Assembly (NCBI GenBank): GCA_026936335.1
Contig: JAPMXV010000008.1
Location: 124,001 to 188,000 of the forward strand
Length of the DNA stretch: 64,000 nt
Reading direction: 5' to 3'
From: Mantamonas sphyraenae STR306
Taxonomy: Eukaryota > Protista > CRuMs
The notes beneath the pieces are model-generated. The model did not search any database. It saw nothing but the letters and a program-made list of their open reading frames with translations, and was not told the origin of the DNA. Positions 45,948 to 58,291 of this stretch are shown here, one piece after another. A program made the position numbers and the translations under genes. Each line of letters begins with the position of its first letter. Position 1 is the stretch's first letter.

Positions 45948-48243
45948 TCAAATCAAACCGGCCTCGTTGTCATTGATGCGCGCCACCAACATGGCAGCCA
46001 CACGCACAACAAGGAAAAACACAGCAAAGTAGGTGAGCACATAATGACACAGGGGCATCAGCGGGTGCATGGGGCCTCCCGAGGGCAACGACCACCCCAC
46101 GGTGTCCCACAGCTCAAAGTTCATCGAGCCCGTCGCGGTGCCCTTGAGCAGCAACAAAAGGGTGAGCATTGTGCCCCACGGCGCAACTGCACGCAGAAAG
46201 GCGTCCAGCAAGCTAACCATGGCCGATTCGTAGCCGCGGTTGATGTTCAGCAACAGCTTCTTCTTCTCCGTGTCGTCCAACTTGTCCTTGCGGCTTGTCC
46301 ACACCTCGTTGAACATCAAGCAGGTGCGCAACATGTACGTTTCTGTGATCCACCGGCCTGCCACAATGTGCAGCACGCACAGGAGCACAAATAGCAGCCA
46401 GCGCAAACGCTCAAACGTGGCCTTGCTCATGATCGGGTTGGCTGCAGGCTTGCGTGGTACCTTGGGCACGACCAAGGGTGTGTTGCCACGTGCGTGTGCC
46501 GCCGCCTCTGCCGCCAGTTTGCTGTTGGTCGCCAACGCATCGTCCGCATCCAAGTTCACAAGCTGTCCGTTCTCGTCCAGCACCATGCCTCGTGCCCCCT
46601 TTGTCGCCTGCGAGGACGACGCACGCTGCGCCTCCTGAAACTGTTCCATGCTGTCTTCGTCGCCGCCGAATTCGTCCTGGTCCAACTCCAAGTCGTCCTC
46701 GGCGTCCTGCCCGTTTGCTTCCTGTTTTGCTGCACGTGCGTTTGCGTCCTCTTCGTCCTCCTCTTCCTCGTCGTCATCCACATCTTTGCTGTCCAGCGCT
46801 TGCTTCTGCTGCTCAGCCTTCAGGGCTTCTGTGGTATCGCCCTGCTCGTCGTTGTTCTGGTACGCTTCCCAGGCTGCGGTGGCCTCGGGATCGTCCACTA
46901 TGTGATCTGCAATGAGAGGAGATGCAAACAGTGCAAGGAGAAGGAAGGGAGCGGCACGCTGGACCGTGTGAAAGACACGACGAACAAGATAGCGCCACTC
47001 CGAAAGCTTGGAGCTGATCTCCATGCTCTGGCGCAGCCTGCGCTCCTCGCTGACCAGGTGAAAGGTGAGCAGGGCACCGAAAATACCTGCACACACATGA
47101 ATGCCAATCTGAAAGTAGGTGCGTGCAGATGCGGGCGTGAGGAGGATCTGTGCGGCTGCGCGGCTGCTTCCTCCGTCGTTTCCTGGTTGATTTGTCGCAT
47201 GACGTTGCCATACCAGGCGTTGATGAGCTGTGCAATCACCTCAGGTTTGGCTTCCAGACGGGTCATGACCGGGAACAGGAAGTGCAGGAGGAAGAAGGAC
47301 AAAGGGAAGCAGACAAGCATGCCAGCGTACGCCAGATACGCAGGATAGCTGTTCAGGCCAGAGCGAGTGTACACCTGAGTCGCATCACGTGGCGTGTCAG
47401 CGATCACCCGTTGTGCATTGGGATGGACAAACACGTACCTGCATGAGCGGATTGACAAGGAGCATGATCACAGCAAAGCCAAACCACAGTACAAAGACGC
47501 CCGTGACGCGGTTGGAACCACCCATGGAGAAGCAAAGGAGCATGATGGCCACAAACACGACCACATACTGCACAGTGCGAAACTCCAAGCTGTACTCGAG
47601 CAGGCTTGCGTTTTCCCACCTCTGGACACACGAAACGTTTTGTCAGCGGCTGCACACATAGACATGACACACACACACATACACACGCACACCAACGAGG
47701 GCACTTTGTGGTGGAGTATGACACGTACAAGTACTGCGTCCTCGGCAGGGAAGTTTTCGGGAAAGTCGATCGGAGCAGAGCTGCGGTGATCAGACAAGGT
47801 CCGTGTCAGCGGTGGATGGACACACGGTGTGCGTGGCGCAAACGGGTGTATGGAAAGACCAGCGGGCAGACGTGGGAAGGAGGGAAGGGATCAATGTGGG
47901 GCATGTGTGTGTGTGTAGATGGGCAGAATCACGGACCGATTGTTGTTGCGCTTTCGCGCGTTGCCCTTGAGCGCGCCGCCAATGCCGTACTTTTCGTTGT
48001 ACTGCTGGATGACCTTTTCCAGACGCGCTGTATTAACACGGAAGGAGTGCAAACTGCAGGTGGGATGGTTATGGTCAAGGGGAGGCGGCGTGTCAGGAGC
48101 CAGAGTGTGGCATGTGTGCGAGCGATGCCTCTTGTGACCACCTACCCTCCCAGCAACAGGCCAGTCCAGCTGACCCATGTGTCCAGGCGCGACAAGACAA
48201 AGAACACAAGCAGGGCAAGAAGGACGACGGTCCACCAGTCCAT
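45948..48243 (-). CDS. TMEM161: TMEM161-family multi-pass membrane protein (~4-5 introns)
   Basis: MDWWTVVLLALLVFFVLSRLDTWVSWTGLLLGG|LHSFR; APFLLLALFASPLIADHI; MSKATFERLRWLLFVLLCVLH...ETYM resembles TMEM161 'FDSLRLWLLVVLCLLRL...AYL'. Confidence 0.65.
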
Positions 48244-48306
48244 GTTGGGTGCTTGCGAGTGGTCTGCTGGTATTTGCGCTGCTCAAACCAACGCACACAA
48301 CCGCAC

Positions 48307-51300
48307 ATGTCGACGCTGGCAATTCCTGTGGCGCAGCCCGAACGTGCACCAAGCAGTGGGGACGGTGAGGAGGAAGATGCCGTGGCACTGGCTGGCTCAA
48401 ACGCGCAGGACGACGATCTCCGCGTCGGAGACCCGCGTGGCGACCGTGACAACAATGACGAAGACGACGGTGCCAACGGCAACCAAGACAACGAGGGTGA
48501 CAATGAAGACGCATACGCTGGCGAAGAGGCAGGCGAGGAGGATGGAGAGGAGGGCGAGGAGGGCGAGGAGGAGGAGGAAGACCTGGAACCGCCCGAGGGT
48601 CTGGAGCCGTTGTACATCACAGAGGCGACGGCACGCAAGTTTGAGATCATGCCAGAGGAAGATGTGACCGAGGAGCAGCGCTGGGTGTATGTGCAAAAGA
48701 GCGACATGCTGGCAGACATCAAGGAACGCGGCGTCGTTTCTGATTTCCACCCGTTGCGTTCGTTGATTGTGGTACGTTGCTGCGCCCGTGAGCCCCGGGG
48801 AGGGATGTGTAGAAGATATGCGTTCATGTCGGGGCTGTGTCATGCGTCGCGTCGGGCTGTGGTTGTGTGTATGCATGTGTACAGTGCATGTGGGTGAGGG
48901 TGGGACGAAGCAAGCTGACCAACGTCTTTTTCGCGCCAACGCAGGACACGGAGCTGGAGGCTCTGCTGGTGGTGTGGGACCCCAGCGAACAGTACGATGA
49001 CCCGCGTATGGAGCAAAAGGCCAATTTCTTCATGTAAGTGACGGCACCACGCGTGCGTTTGGTGGGCGAGAAAGGGAGAAACGCAGCTGACCCGAGGCTG
49101 GTGTTCGCAATCAACCACAGTTGCTTCTCGGCAGAGGCAGCAGAAGCTGTGCTGAACCCTCCCAAGGACAAGGAGGAGGAGGAGGAGGAGGACATTGTCA
49201 TTGTGCCTGTGGAGGACCTGCCGCGAAAGCCGTGGGTGTCGCTGGGCTCCGAGGCCGAGGTGGACGAACTCACCGTGCGTGACACGCGTCCCAAGCTCAA
49301 GCTGAACATCACACGGAAGCGCAAGTACTTTGGGCAGTCGTTCAAACTGCAGGACCGCGATGCGTCGGATTCGGTCGTGGAATGCCGCAAGTTTAAGGAT
49401 CCGCGCTTTTCCATTTACTACCGGGAGCACGACAAGGCGGTGCAGGCGGTGCCAGAGACCAGCGATTCACACACACAAACCACATGGTTCAAGAAGCGCA
49501 ATGCAGCTCGCCAGTACGAGCCGCAGGACATGGACGAGGACGAAAAGCACAAGATCATCCACGACGACGGCGAGTTCCACCAGTTTCTGGACCAGATCCG
49601 GCCGCGCTACATGCATGCGCTGCAGCAGAATCTGGCTGCCAACCTGTTCCGCGACGACTATGGCGAACTGGCCGAGGAGGATGGCCCGCTTGCCAACAAG
49701 ACGGAGAACGAGCTCAGCGAAGTGCAGCCGTTCACAGACATCAAGTACAGCAAGAACAAGACCATCAACTGCGTGGAATGGGACGCGACCAATGGCAGTG
49801 AGTTGAAGAGGGAGAGAGGGATGACGAAGGAGAAACCGTGATGGCAACTGACCTCCGTGTGTCGCAGATGTGGTTGCGTTCTCATGCACAGAAAAGAAGA
49901 GCCTGGAAGAGAGGATCGACGAAAGCGGCAAGGTGCAGCAGTCGGAGATCCTCATCTGGGACTTTGCTGACCCCATCCATCCGCAGTACATTTTGGAGGC
50001 ACCAGGCAACCTGACAGTGTTCCGCATGAATCCTGTGAACCCAAAGGTGATTGTGGGCGGCCTGTTGAGCGGGCAGGTGGTGTACTGGGACCTGGACGGG
50101 GTGGAAAAGGGCCGGGGCCGTGGACGGGAAGGGGAGTTTGGCAACGCGTTTGGCCACACGGATGAGAGCAAGACACATTCGCGCAAGGTGCGTTACCAGG
50201 TTGTGTCGTCGATCGACTGGAGCCACAAGATGGCGGTGACGGACCTTCAGTGGCTGCCTTCGGACATGGTGATGGATGTGAACGGAGTGCTGCTCAAGAA
50301 CCCGGGAGACAACCGGGTGCCGGACGCAGAGCAGGTGGACAAGGACAGGCGCAATAGCTACCGACGCATCAAACACCACAAGTTGGAGCCGCTGCCGGGA
50401 CAGGAGGTGAACCAGTTTGTGAGTGTGGGCGTGGATGGTGACCTGATGTACTGGGACGTGCGGTTCAACAAGGAGATCAAGCGGATGGACAACATCTGGC
50501 AGCCGATCTATATCATGCCGTTGATGCGTGTGGATGGTTCCGGGATGAAGCTGCGCGGCCTTCGTTGCTCGCTGGGCAACCTGCCGCCGGAAACGGACAA
50601 GTCGAGCCGCTGCCTGGTGTCGACTGAGGACGGCGAGGTGCTGTATGTGGAGGTAGCACACCGAGTGCGAGAGCCCGAGATGATGACAGAGGGCGGGGGC
50701 ACGGTCAAGATTGGCACGCCGATGATTGTGACGACCGAGGACGGGGACGGTCACGGGGAAGAGGGAAGCGGAGGCGACGAGTACGAAGACCACAGCACGG
50801 CGACGGTGACGAGCACGAGCAGTGGCAGTGCATCGCTGGGCAACCAGCGGTTGACACTGAAGCGGGAGATGGAAGGCGGGCAGGGCAAGACGACAAACCA
50901 TCTGAAGGGCATGAACGTGAACCTGACGCTGGAGGCGCACGTGGGCCCTGTGTCAGTGTTGGAGAGGTCGCCCTTCTTTTCAGAGGTGTTTCTGACGGGC
51001 GGCGAGTGGAGCTTTGGTGTGTGGCAATGGGGCGTGATGGAGCCGCTGCTCAAGAGCTCGTACGGCAAGTCGCACGTGACGTCGGCGACGTGGAGCCCGT
51101 CGCGGCCGGCTGTGTTTTTCATTGGACGCAGCGATGGCGACGTGGAGATGTGGGATCTGCTGGACCGGTCGCACGAGCCGTCGATGCGCCAGAACCTGTT
51201 TTCGAACCCGGTGACCGTGCTGAAGTTCCAAAAGGTGCCTGTATCCCACCGCCGCGGCCACGAGCAGTTTCTGCTGGCAGTTGGGGACGAGTTTGGCTCG

Positions 51301-51780
51301 CTGCACATCATGGAGGTGCCGCGCAACCTGCAACGACGCGTGCATCATGAAATCTCGCTGATGGCGCAGTACTTTGAGCGCGAGGTGCACCGTATCGAGT
51401 ATGCGCAGCAAAGACGCAAGGTTCGTGAGGAGGAGCACCACAAGCAGCAGGTGCGTGCGGCCAAGGCAAGGCTGGACGAGGAGCAACGGCTGGCGGCCGA
51501 GCAGGCGGACAATTGGTACGACGACGACGAAGAGTATGAGGAGGAAGAAGAGGACGAACGGGCTGCGGCAAGTGGCTCATTGCTCATGAGTGCCGAGGAA
51601 ATGGCCGCCGAGGAGGAGTACCGTGCCATGGAGCAGGAGTTCCGCAGGCAGTACGGCATGGCCAGCGCAAGCATCGCTCGCTCCTCGCAGAACCTGCATT
51701 CCATGCGCAGCCTGCCCATTGAAGAGGGAGAACTGAGCAGCGACGAGGAGGACGAGGAGGACGAGGCTCTGGGGATGTGA
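48307..51780 (+). CDS. DNAI3: WDR63/DNAI3 (IC140-like) axonemal inner-arm dynein intermediate chain (3 introns)
   Basis: KPWVSLGSEAEV, QTTWFKKRNAARQYEP, ALQQN...FRDDY, ILIWDFADPIHPQYILEAP, SHKMAVTDLQWL, ERSPFF, WSPSRPAVFFIG and LAVGDEFGSLHIMEVP. Confidence 0.92.
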
Positions 51781-52277
51781 ACGATGGGAGCATGAGAGCG
51801 GCGAGGTTCGGGTCCGCCAGAGGAGGCAAAAAATTCGATCACCCAATGTAGGTGTTCATGTGACGTGGTAGAGTGAAATGAGGCACAGGATGAGGTTTGG
51901 ACGGGTGTTGCGAGGTGCATGGTGGGGTCTGTTGGTGCATGGGACCTTTGGCCGTCGAGACGTTTCTGAGCGGAAAAACCCAGAACGGGCAAAGCATCCG
52001 GAATCGTGCCCTCGGGGACGGACGGAAGCAGACACAAAGGCCCGCAACAGACGGAGACGTAGTGGTCGTATGGGAATAGGTGCATGAGGCGGTGGACGTG
52101 GCCATATGTGGCCATAGATGGAAGCTAGGCCCGTGTGAACAAGAGTTTGGGTTTGCGGCGGGTTTCCACCGCCCCTTTTTTTTCCTGTGCGCCGGGTTTT
52201 CGTAGCGGCCTGGGAACGGCAGAGAAGAGGAGAGGGGGCACTGACACGGTTCTTTGGCGCCTTGTGTGTTTGTACAG

Positions 52278-54020
52278 ATGAAGCAGGGCATTATTGTGAT
52301 TCTCATGCTGCTTACGGCGATGGTTATGTGCGAGGATTCCCAGCCGGCTCCGGCGGGAACTCAGCCGACCGACGCCACACCCACCGATGGGCAGACCGCC
52401 GCTGACAAGGCTGCCGCCGACCAGGCTGCTGCCGACAAGGCTGCCGCTGACAAGGCTGCCGCTGACAAGGCTGCCGCTGACAAGGCTGCTGCCGACAAGG
52501 CCGCTGCTGACAAGGCTGCCGCTGACAAGGCCGCTGCCGACAAGGCCGCCGCTGACAAGGCCGCCGATGAGGTTGCTGACAAGTGCATGCGTCTGGCTCG
52601 TGGCACCGACGTGCCCACGCTGCTGAGCACGTGCACAGAGGCAGCCAAGAACTGCGGCAAGGACATCAAGACGCTTTGCCACGACACCAAGGTGCCGATC
52701 ATGCGCTGCATGCACCACAACCACGCCAAGGTGTCGCAGGGCTGCAAGGACTGGGCCTCCAAGATGATGGAGGAGCGTTTCGCCAAGAAGATGCCGTCGT
52801 GTGTGGCGGACCAGAAGAAGCTGTGCCCCACGGCCAAGCACCACGAGCGCTGGCGCTGCATGCACCAGCACCACGACAAGCTGTCCGAGGCTTGCAAGAA
52901 GGAACTGCGTGCAGCACGCACGGCCCGCCTGGGCAAGTGCGCCGCCGACGCCGACAAGTTCTGCGAGAAGGTGCGCCCGGGCCACGGCCAAATCATGCGC
53001 TGCCTGCGCATGAACCGCCACAAGCTGTCCGCAGACTGCCAGGAGCAGATGTGCGGTCCCATCTTTGGCAAGTGCTGCACGGACATCAAGAAGCTGTGCA
53101 GCCAGCCGCAGGCCAAGCCCGTGGCCAAGCTGACGCCAGGTCACAAGCAGGGCGACGACGACGAGTTTGAGGACTCGGTCAAGCCCGTGGAAGGCGACAA
53201 GCAGAACGCAAAGCACTGGCGCAACCACCGCCGCGGCGGCAAGCACCACGAGAAGCACGGCCGCCCGCACCATGGACGCCCGCATCACGGCCGCCCCTCG
53301 GGCAACCTCGGCATGGTGCGCGAGACACCCGTGCAGCGCTTCCACCGCCGTCACCAGGCTGTGCTGCGTTGCTTGGCTGTGAACCGACTCAAGCTGTCGC
53401 AGGACTGCCAGGCCCAGATGCAGAAGCAGGATGGACACTTTGAGCTGCCCGGCGCCGCCGAGGTGGAGGACCAGGACCACGAACAGCGCAACGACAAGGT
53501 GGAGCCCCTGCCGCATGGAGGTCACCACCATGGCAACCACGGCATTGGCGGCCTTATCGGTCTGATTGTCTTTGTGGTCATGCTGGCCTCGTTCTTCTTC
53601 TGCTGCTGCCGCTGCATGCGCCGCACCTGCAAGCGTCGCTGCGGTTCCAAGTCGTGCTCCGCAAACACTTTCCCTGGCCAGAAGTATGCTCAGGTGCCCC
53701 AGAGCGAGGGCGACGTGGAGATGCAGCACGTGGCCTACGCCACAGCTGTGCCCGTCGACCAGCAGGCTCAGGCTTCCAACCTGCCCATGGCCACCGCCGT
53801 GCCCATGACCCACTACGCACCGCAGGCTCCGGCACAGGCCCAGCTTGCTCCGGCACATGGCCAGGTCCAGCAACACGCTCCCCAGCAGGGTCAGCGCGCC
53901 GTTCCCACCGTCGTCGCCGTGCCGTACAACATGACTGGTGCCAAGGCCCAGCCGGTCATTGGCGAGTACCACAACGTCCAGCTGTACGCCCCTGGCCAGC
54001 AGCAGGTCTACCGTGCCTGA
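52278..54020 (+). CDS. Type I membrane protein: signal peptide, (ADKAA)11, GLG1-type cysteine-rich repeats, His-rich segment, TM and Gln/Pro/Tyr-rich tail
   Basis: MKQGIIVILMLLTAMVMC; repeats such as CAADADKFCEKVRPGHGQIMRCLRMNRHKLSADC; TM IGGLIGLIVFVVMLASFFF then CCCRC. Confidence 0.8.
   Translation: MKQGIIVILMLLTAMVMCEDSQPAPAGTQPTDATPTDGQTAADKAAADQAAADKAAADKAAADKAAADKAAADKAAADKAAADKAAADKAAADKAADEVADKCMRLARGTDVPTLLSTCTEAAKNCGKDIKTLCHDTKVPIMRCMHHNHAKVSQGCKDWASKMMEERFAKKMPSCVADQKKLCPTAKHHERWRCMHQHHDKLSEACKKELRAARTARLGKCAADADKFCEKVRPGHGQIMRCLRMNRHKLSADCQEQMCGPIFGKCCTDIKKLCSQPQAKPVAKLTPGHKQGDDDEFEDSVKPVEGDKQNAKHWRNHRRGGKHHEKHGRPHHGRPHHGRPSGNLGMVRETPVQRFHRRHQAVLRCLAVNRLKLSQDCQAQMQKQDGHFELPGAAEVEDQDHEQRNDKVEPLPHGGHHHGNHGIGGLIGLIVFVVMLASFFFCCCRCMRRTCKRRCGSKSCSANTFPGQKYAQVPQSEGDVEMQHVAYATAVPVDQQAQASNLPMATAVPMTHYAPQAPAQAQLAPAHGQVQQHAPQQGQRAVPTVVAVPYNMTGAKAQPVIGEYHNVQLYAPGQQQVYRA
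52398..52568 (+). repeat. Coding 15-bp minisatellite, 11 copies (ADKAA)
   Basis: gcYgacaaggcYgcY repeated. Confidence 0.95.
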
Positions 54021-54044
54021 AATGTACATTTTGCTCGCTACACA

Positions 54045-55460
54045 CTACACACGCTTGAACACCACCTCTTGCTCTTCCACAAGGCGCTTGAACGTCCCTT
54101 CCAGTTTCTTCTGCATGCTCTGGTCACAAACAGGCAGATCACTCATGTGGCTGAGCAGCATGACCAGGTCTTCCTGCAGAAAGGGAAACACTCGGCCGAT
54201 GCGCTCGATAAAGGGCAGCAACTCCAGGTAAAAGTCGGTTGGTTGGTTATTGGATGCAATTTGTGCGCCCACACACTGCACAATGGCTCCTGCAGCGTCT
54301 TGGCTTTTGGCCACAGGGAACTTTTGGATGAGGCAGGCACCCAGCTTCAGCGCAAACAGCAGCTGTGCGTCGTCGTCAGTGTCCAACAGCTCACCCATGT
54401 GGTTGAGACAGATGTGCAACGACGGAATGCGGGGTATGGTGATGTCCAGCAAGGCAGGGTCGTAGCCTTGCGCATGTACAAGGAGCAGCAGCGGAGGATT
54501 CTCGACAAACAGCTGGTGCACAAAGTCACACAGAATGACCACGAGCTCGTCCGACTCGCGCTGCGCCAGGCACAGGTCCAGCAGCACATGGACGACAGCA
54601 GCCTGCACACTGGCTGCGTACGACTTGATGCGATCGTTCTGTTCCGTCTGGGCGTGCGTCAACGCAGCAAGTTTGGCATCCAGCTGCTGCTTGCACGCAA
54701 CCATACATGTCTCTACAATGGCCAACACCATGCGCAGTACACTTGGGATGCCAAGCACACGCGTACTGAGCTGCAACACAACCAACGGATCCCTGCTGAG
54801 CTCTGCAAAGTCGCTGGCTTCCAGCTCGCGCTCGTTGTCCCACAGACCACGCAGTGTGGCCAATTGCAGGTCCATGCCCGCCACACTGTGCATCACCTGC
54901 CACACATCGCAGGCCAGGTCCCTCACCTCGCCATCCAAAGCCTCGTGTGCCAGCAACGGCACGATCCCCTCCACAAACGCCTGCTGTCTCACCAACAGTT
55001 GCAGTGGCGTGGCCTTGCGTCGCAGCGACGCCAGCAGCTGCTTGGCAGGCAGGGGCTGGGCCACGGCGTCGGAAAGCACTGTGGTCATTTGTGCTGCGTC
55101 GGGGAGTGTGAAAGCCGAGGACGACGCCGAGGATGACGACGCACGCTGACTATGTGCGTTGCGATACACCAGTTCCGTACGCACGTTGAACAGCCACGGC
55201 ATGGTACCCAGGAGCATGGGCACCAGTTCCCCAGGCAACGACGCATACTGCTCGCGACCCGCGTCGCGCACATGCTGCACCACAGCCTTCAATGGCAGCG
55301 TGTCTGCAAACGTGTACTTGGTGGTGCCCCTCTGGGCCTGTTCGTTGAATCGAAGCATGTACAGCAGAGCCAGCAGCGCGGGCACAAGGGTGGTCTCCCT
55401 GTCCTCCTCCACTGTGTCCTCGCCAGCATCACCGCCCTCCTCCCCTTCCACATCCATCCC

Positions 55461-55495
<35 letters not shown>

Positions 55496-57328
55496 GCTCT
55501 GCTTGGCATTGATGCCTTTGCTGTGTTTGCTTCTCCTCTTGCTGCTTGCATTGCCTTGGAGGCTGAGCAGAAAGGCGGGCAGCTGGTTCAGCAGTGCGTT
55601 CAGATCGTGCTGAGCAATGGGTTGAGCCAACTGGGTGGCTTCGTCGATGTCGAGGGCATCGACGTCGTGGAGGTTGGCAGCATCGACGGTAGCGGCGGCT
55701 GTGGCAGCCGCACGGTCGGCATACTCCAGGACGAGGTCCGGCACAGAGGTGTGCACGGGGTGGCAGCAGGCACGCATCTGTTTCCAGACCCAATCGTGCA
55801 CGGGCACACCGCAGTCGGCAAACACGCCTGCTCGAAGCAGATAGTAGACACAGGGAACCGCCAAGGCGTCGCGACTGTGAGCAGAGAGGTTGGTCACCAC
55901 AGACGCTTGCATGGCCAAGGCAGCCAGACGTTGCTGTGAACACACCTCAAGCACAAAGTAGGTGGCAAATGCGTTGAGGACGCGCATGTCTACGCCAATA
56001 TCCAGACTGAGGGTGTCGCGTATGAGCTGTGCGGCCTCGGACATCTGCTTGGTGTGCAGATGCACACCCAAAAGCATCACCAGCTCGCGACAGGCATCGC
56101 TTTGCATGAGCAGCTCCAATGTGCTCTTCACCAGCGCTGCGTGCTCGTGTCTCACGCTGCTTTCAAGGATGACCACAAAGCAGAGGCCGATCTGTGCACA
56201 GCGCGGCTGGTCCGCACGTTGCGAAACCACAGCCAGACAGGCCTTGACCTCGTCACTTGTCAGCCGCATGCCTGCGTAGCCCACCAGGGCACAGTACAGA
56301 CGCAACACCAGCGCCTGGGTCCCGGCACTCTCAAACAGCTGGCTCAGGAGAGTGCGTCGCAAGGCCTTGCACGCGTCCGTCTCATTGCCCAGCTGCTGCT
56401 TCACCTCCTTCCAAATCCACGGTTCGTGCACACACGCAGTGAGGAATGCAATCGGGTCCTGGGCATGTTCCACCGTGATGTGCAGACACAGATTGGCCAG
56501 CAGCCGTCGGCTGAGTAGCATGTCTCGCAGTTGCAAGGCCAGGCTGTCCGACAGTGTGTACGAAGCCATAAGAAACCAGTGCACGTTGTTGTGCACCATT
56601 TGCGCCGTCGGATCGCCTCGGCTGCGTCGTTCTGCAAGCAGCGTGAGCCCAGTTTCCAGCAGTCGCGGCGCAAGGATCCCCACGTTCAGCAGCAGGCAGT
56701 GCAACAGCGCAGGGCCGTTTTCGATGTGATACAACAGTCGCAGGAGCAGAGTGAGCTGGCCCCGACGGAACGGATGCCTGCACACCAGCACAGGCACAAG
56801 CAACTTCAAACGCCCAATAAATAGCCGCTGCTGCAGCAGCAACGACGAGTAGTAAACACGACGCACATGCTCCTCCTCCAATCCCTCGATCTCTTCCACC
56901 AGCATGTGCATCTGCCTGCCGATGTCCGCGTCTTCAAACTCCTGCACGCGCGCCTCGGCCTTTGCCAATGCGTCCTTGTCGTCCGCGCCAACTCCGGTCC
57001 CGTCGGCGCCAGTTTCCACTTCCATCTGGGACGACGGCGACGATGATGACGACAACGACAATTCGTCCTTGATTTGCACGCCTGGCAGATCCACCTCCAC
57101 CTCGAGAGCCTCCAACACCACGGAAGCGTCCTGCAACCCCATGACGCGGTCCAACACCGTTTCAGGCAGGGTGTCCACACACATGCACAGCACTGGAAGG
57201 TACTGTGCCACGTGCTGGTCACTGGCCCCACTCACGTCGACCTTATCAAACTGACCCGACGCAATCAGGTCGTGTTGCATGGCGACGTGTGTTTGTGGGG
57301 CGACCAGCGCATCGTTGCCTCTGTTCAT
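54045..57328 (-). CDS. INTS2: Integrator complex subunit 2 (apparent +2 frameshift at ~55497)
   Basis: N-terminal VAPQTHVAMQ...YLPVLCMC. C-terminal ILCDFVHQLFVENPPLLLLVHAQGYDPALL....IPSLHICL, IQKFPVAKS and IGRVFPFL.ED match INTS2 signatures. Confidence 0.88.
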
Positions 57329-57352
57329 TTGTTGTTGTGTCCCAATGTCCAC

Positions 57353-58291
57353 TCAAAACACGCGTCGAACAACGTCTGCCAGCCACTGGGGTTCCACATC
57401 CATGGCCAGTTTGGCGGATGCCATCCACTCCAACGCACTGGGGATGACGCCGGACAGAAGGGACAGTGTGCCCGTATACGCGGGAATGTACGTTTCACGA
57501 CGCCCTGCAACCACACCGGCAAGGATGCCCTCTGCGCACACATCGACAGGGACGTTCTTTGCACGCGTGGCCTCGGTGGTAACACGGCGAGTGCTGGCCG
57601 TGTCAATCACGCCCAGCAAGCTTGTCTGCACCGCAATGTGCTTCAGCGTCGGTTCAAAGGCCATCTCGATACGAAGCGACTTTGTGTACGAATGGATGGC
57701 TGCCTTGGACGCCGCATACCCGCTTGTGAGCGGTGTGGAGAGGACGCCGGCGGCGCTTCCCACGGTCATCAAGCGGCCCTGTGGCGATTTGGCAAGCAGA
57801 TCCAGCGCACGCAGCGCCAGGCGCACGTAGCCAACGTAGTTGACGCGCATCATTGTGTCAAACTTGGCCACCACCTCTTCGGTGTCCATTTGCAGGTGCT
57901 TTCCTGTGAACGGAATCACGTGGTTGAGCACCAGCACGTCCAAACCACCAAAGTGCTCCTTCGTCTGTGCCAGTGTGTTTTCCACGCCTTCTTTGGTGCC
58001 CAGGTCAGCCACCACAGCCACAGCTTTGGTTTTGCTGTTCAGGGCCTGTGTCTCCTTGGCAACGGCCTCCAGCGCCTCTTTGGAACGAGCCACAAGCACC
58101 ACGTTCATGCCACGCTTGCCCGCCGCAAGGGCCAGTGACTTGCCGATGCCCTTGGATGCCCCTGTGATGAGGATGGTCTTTCCGGCGAGAAAGGCGTTTG
58201 TTTGCGCTTCCGTCGGCGTGTCGTCCAGCACCACCATGGTCATCATCGTCAGGCCACTGGCAAGGAGCAGAAAAAGCAAGCATCCGTTCAT
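57353..58291 (-). CDS. Short-chain dehydrogenase/reductase, HSD11B1/HSD11B1L-like, with N-terminal signal anchor
   Basis: ITGASKGIG; GGLDVLVLNH (HSD11B1-type); catalytic YAASK. Confidence 0.88.
   Translation of the reverse strand: MNGCLLFLLLASGLTMMTMVVLDDTPTEAQTNAFLAGKTILITGASKGIGKSLALAAGKRGMNVVLVARSKEALEAVAKETQALNSKTKAVAVVADLGTKEGVENTLAQTKEHFGGLDVLVLNHVIPFTGKHLQMDTEEVVAKFDTMMRVNYVGYVRLALRALDLLAKSPQGRLMTVGSAAGVLSTPLTSGYAASKAAIHSYTKSLRIEMAFEPTLKHIAVQTSLLGVIDTASTRRVTTEATRAKNVPVDVCAEGILAGVVAGRRETYIPAYTGTLSLLSGVIPSALEWMASAKLAMDVEPQWLADVVRRVF

Noticed and set aside
52125-54029. 634-aa antisense ORF, and the 584/562-aa ORFs antisense to RPS6
   Set aside because: Antisense shadows of codon-biased genes, and they run through introns.
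1808-57328. Frameshifted genes as pseudogenes
   Set aside because: Conserved motifs are intact on both sides of each break, there are no accumulated in-frame stops, and several of the genes are essential.
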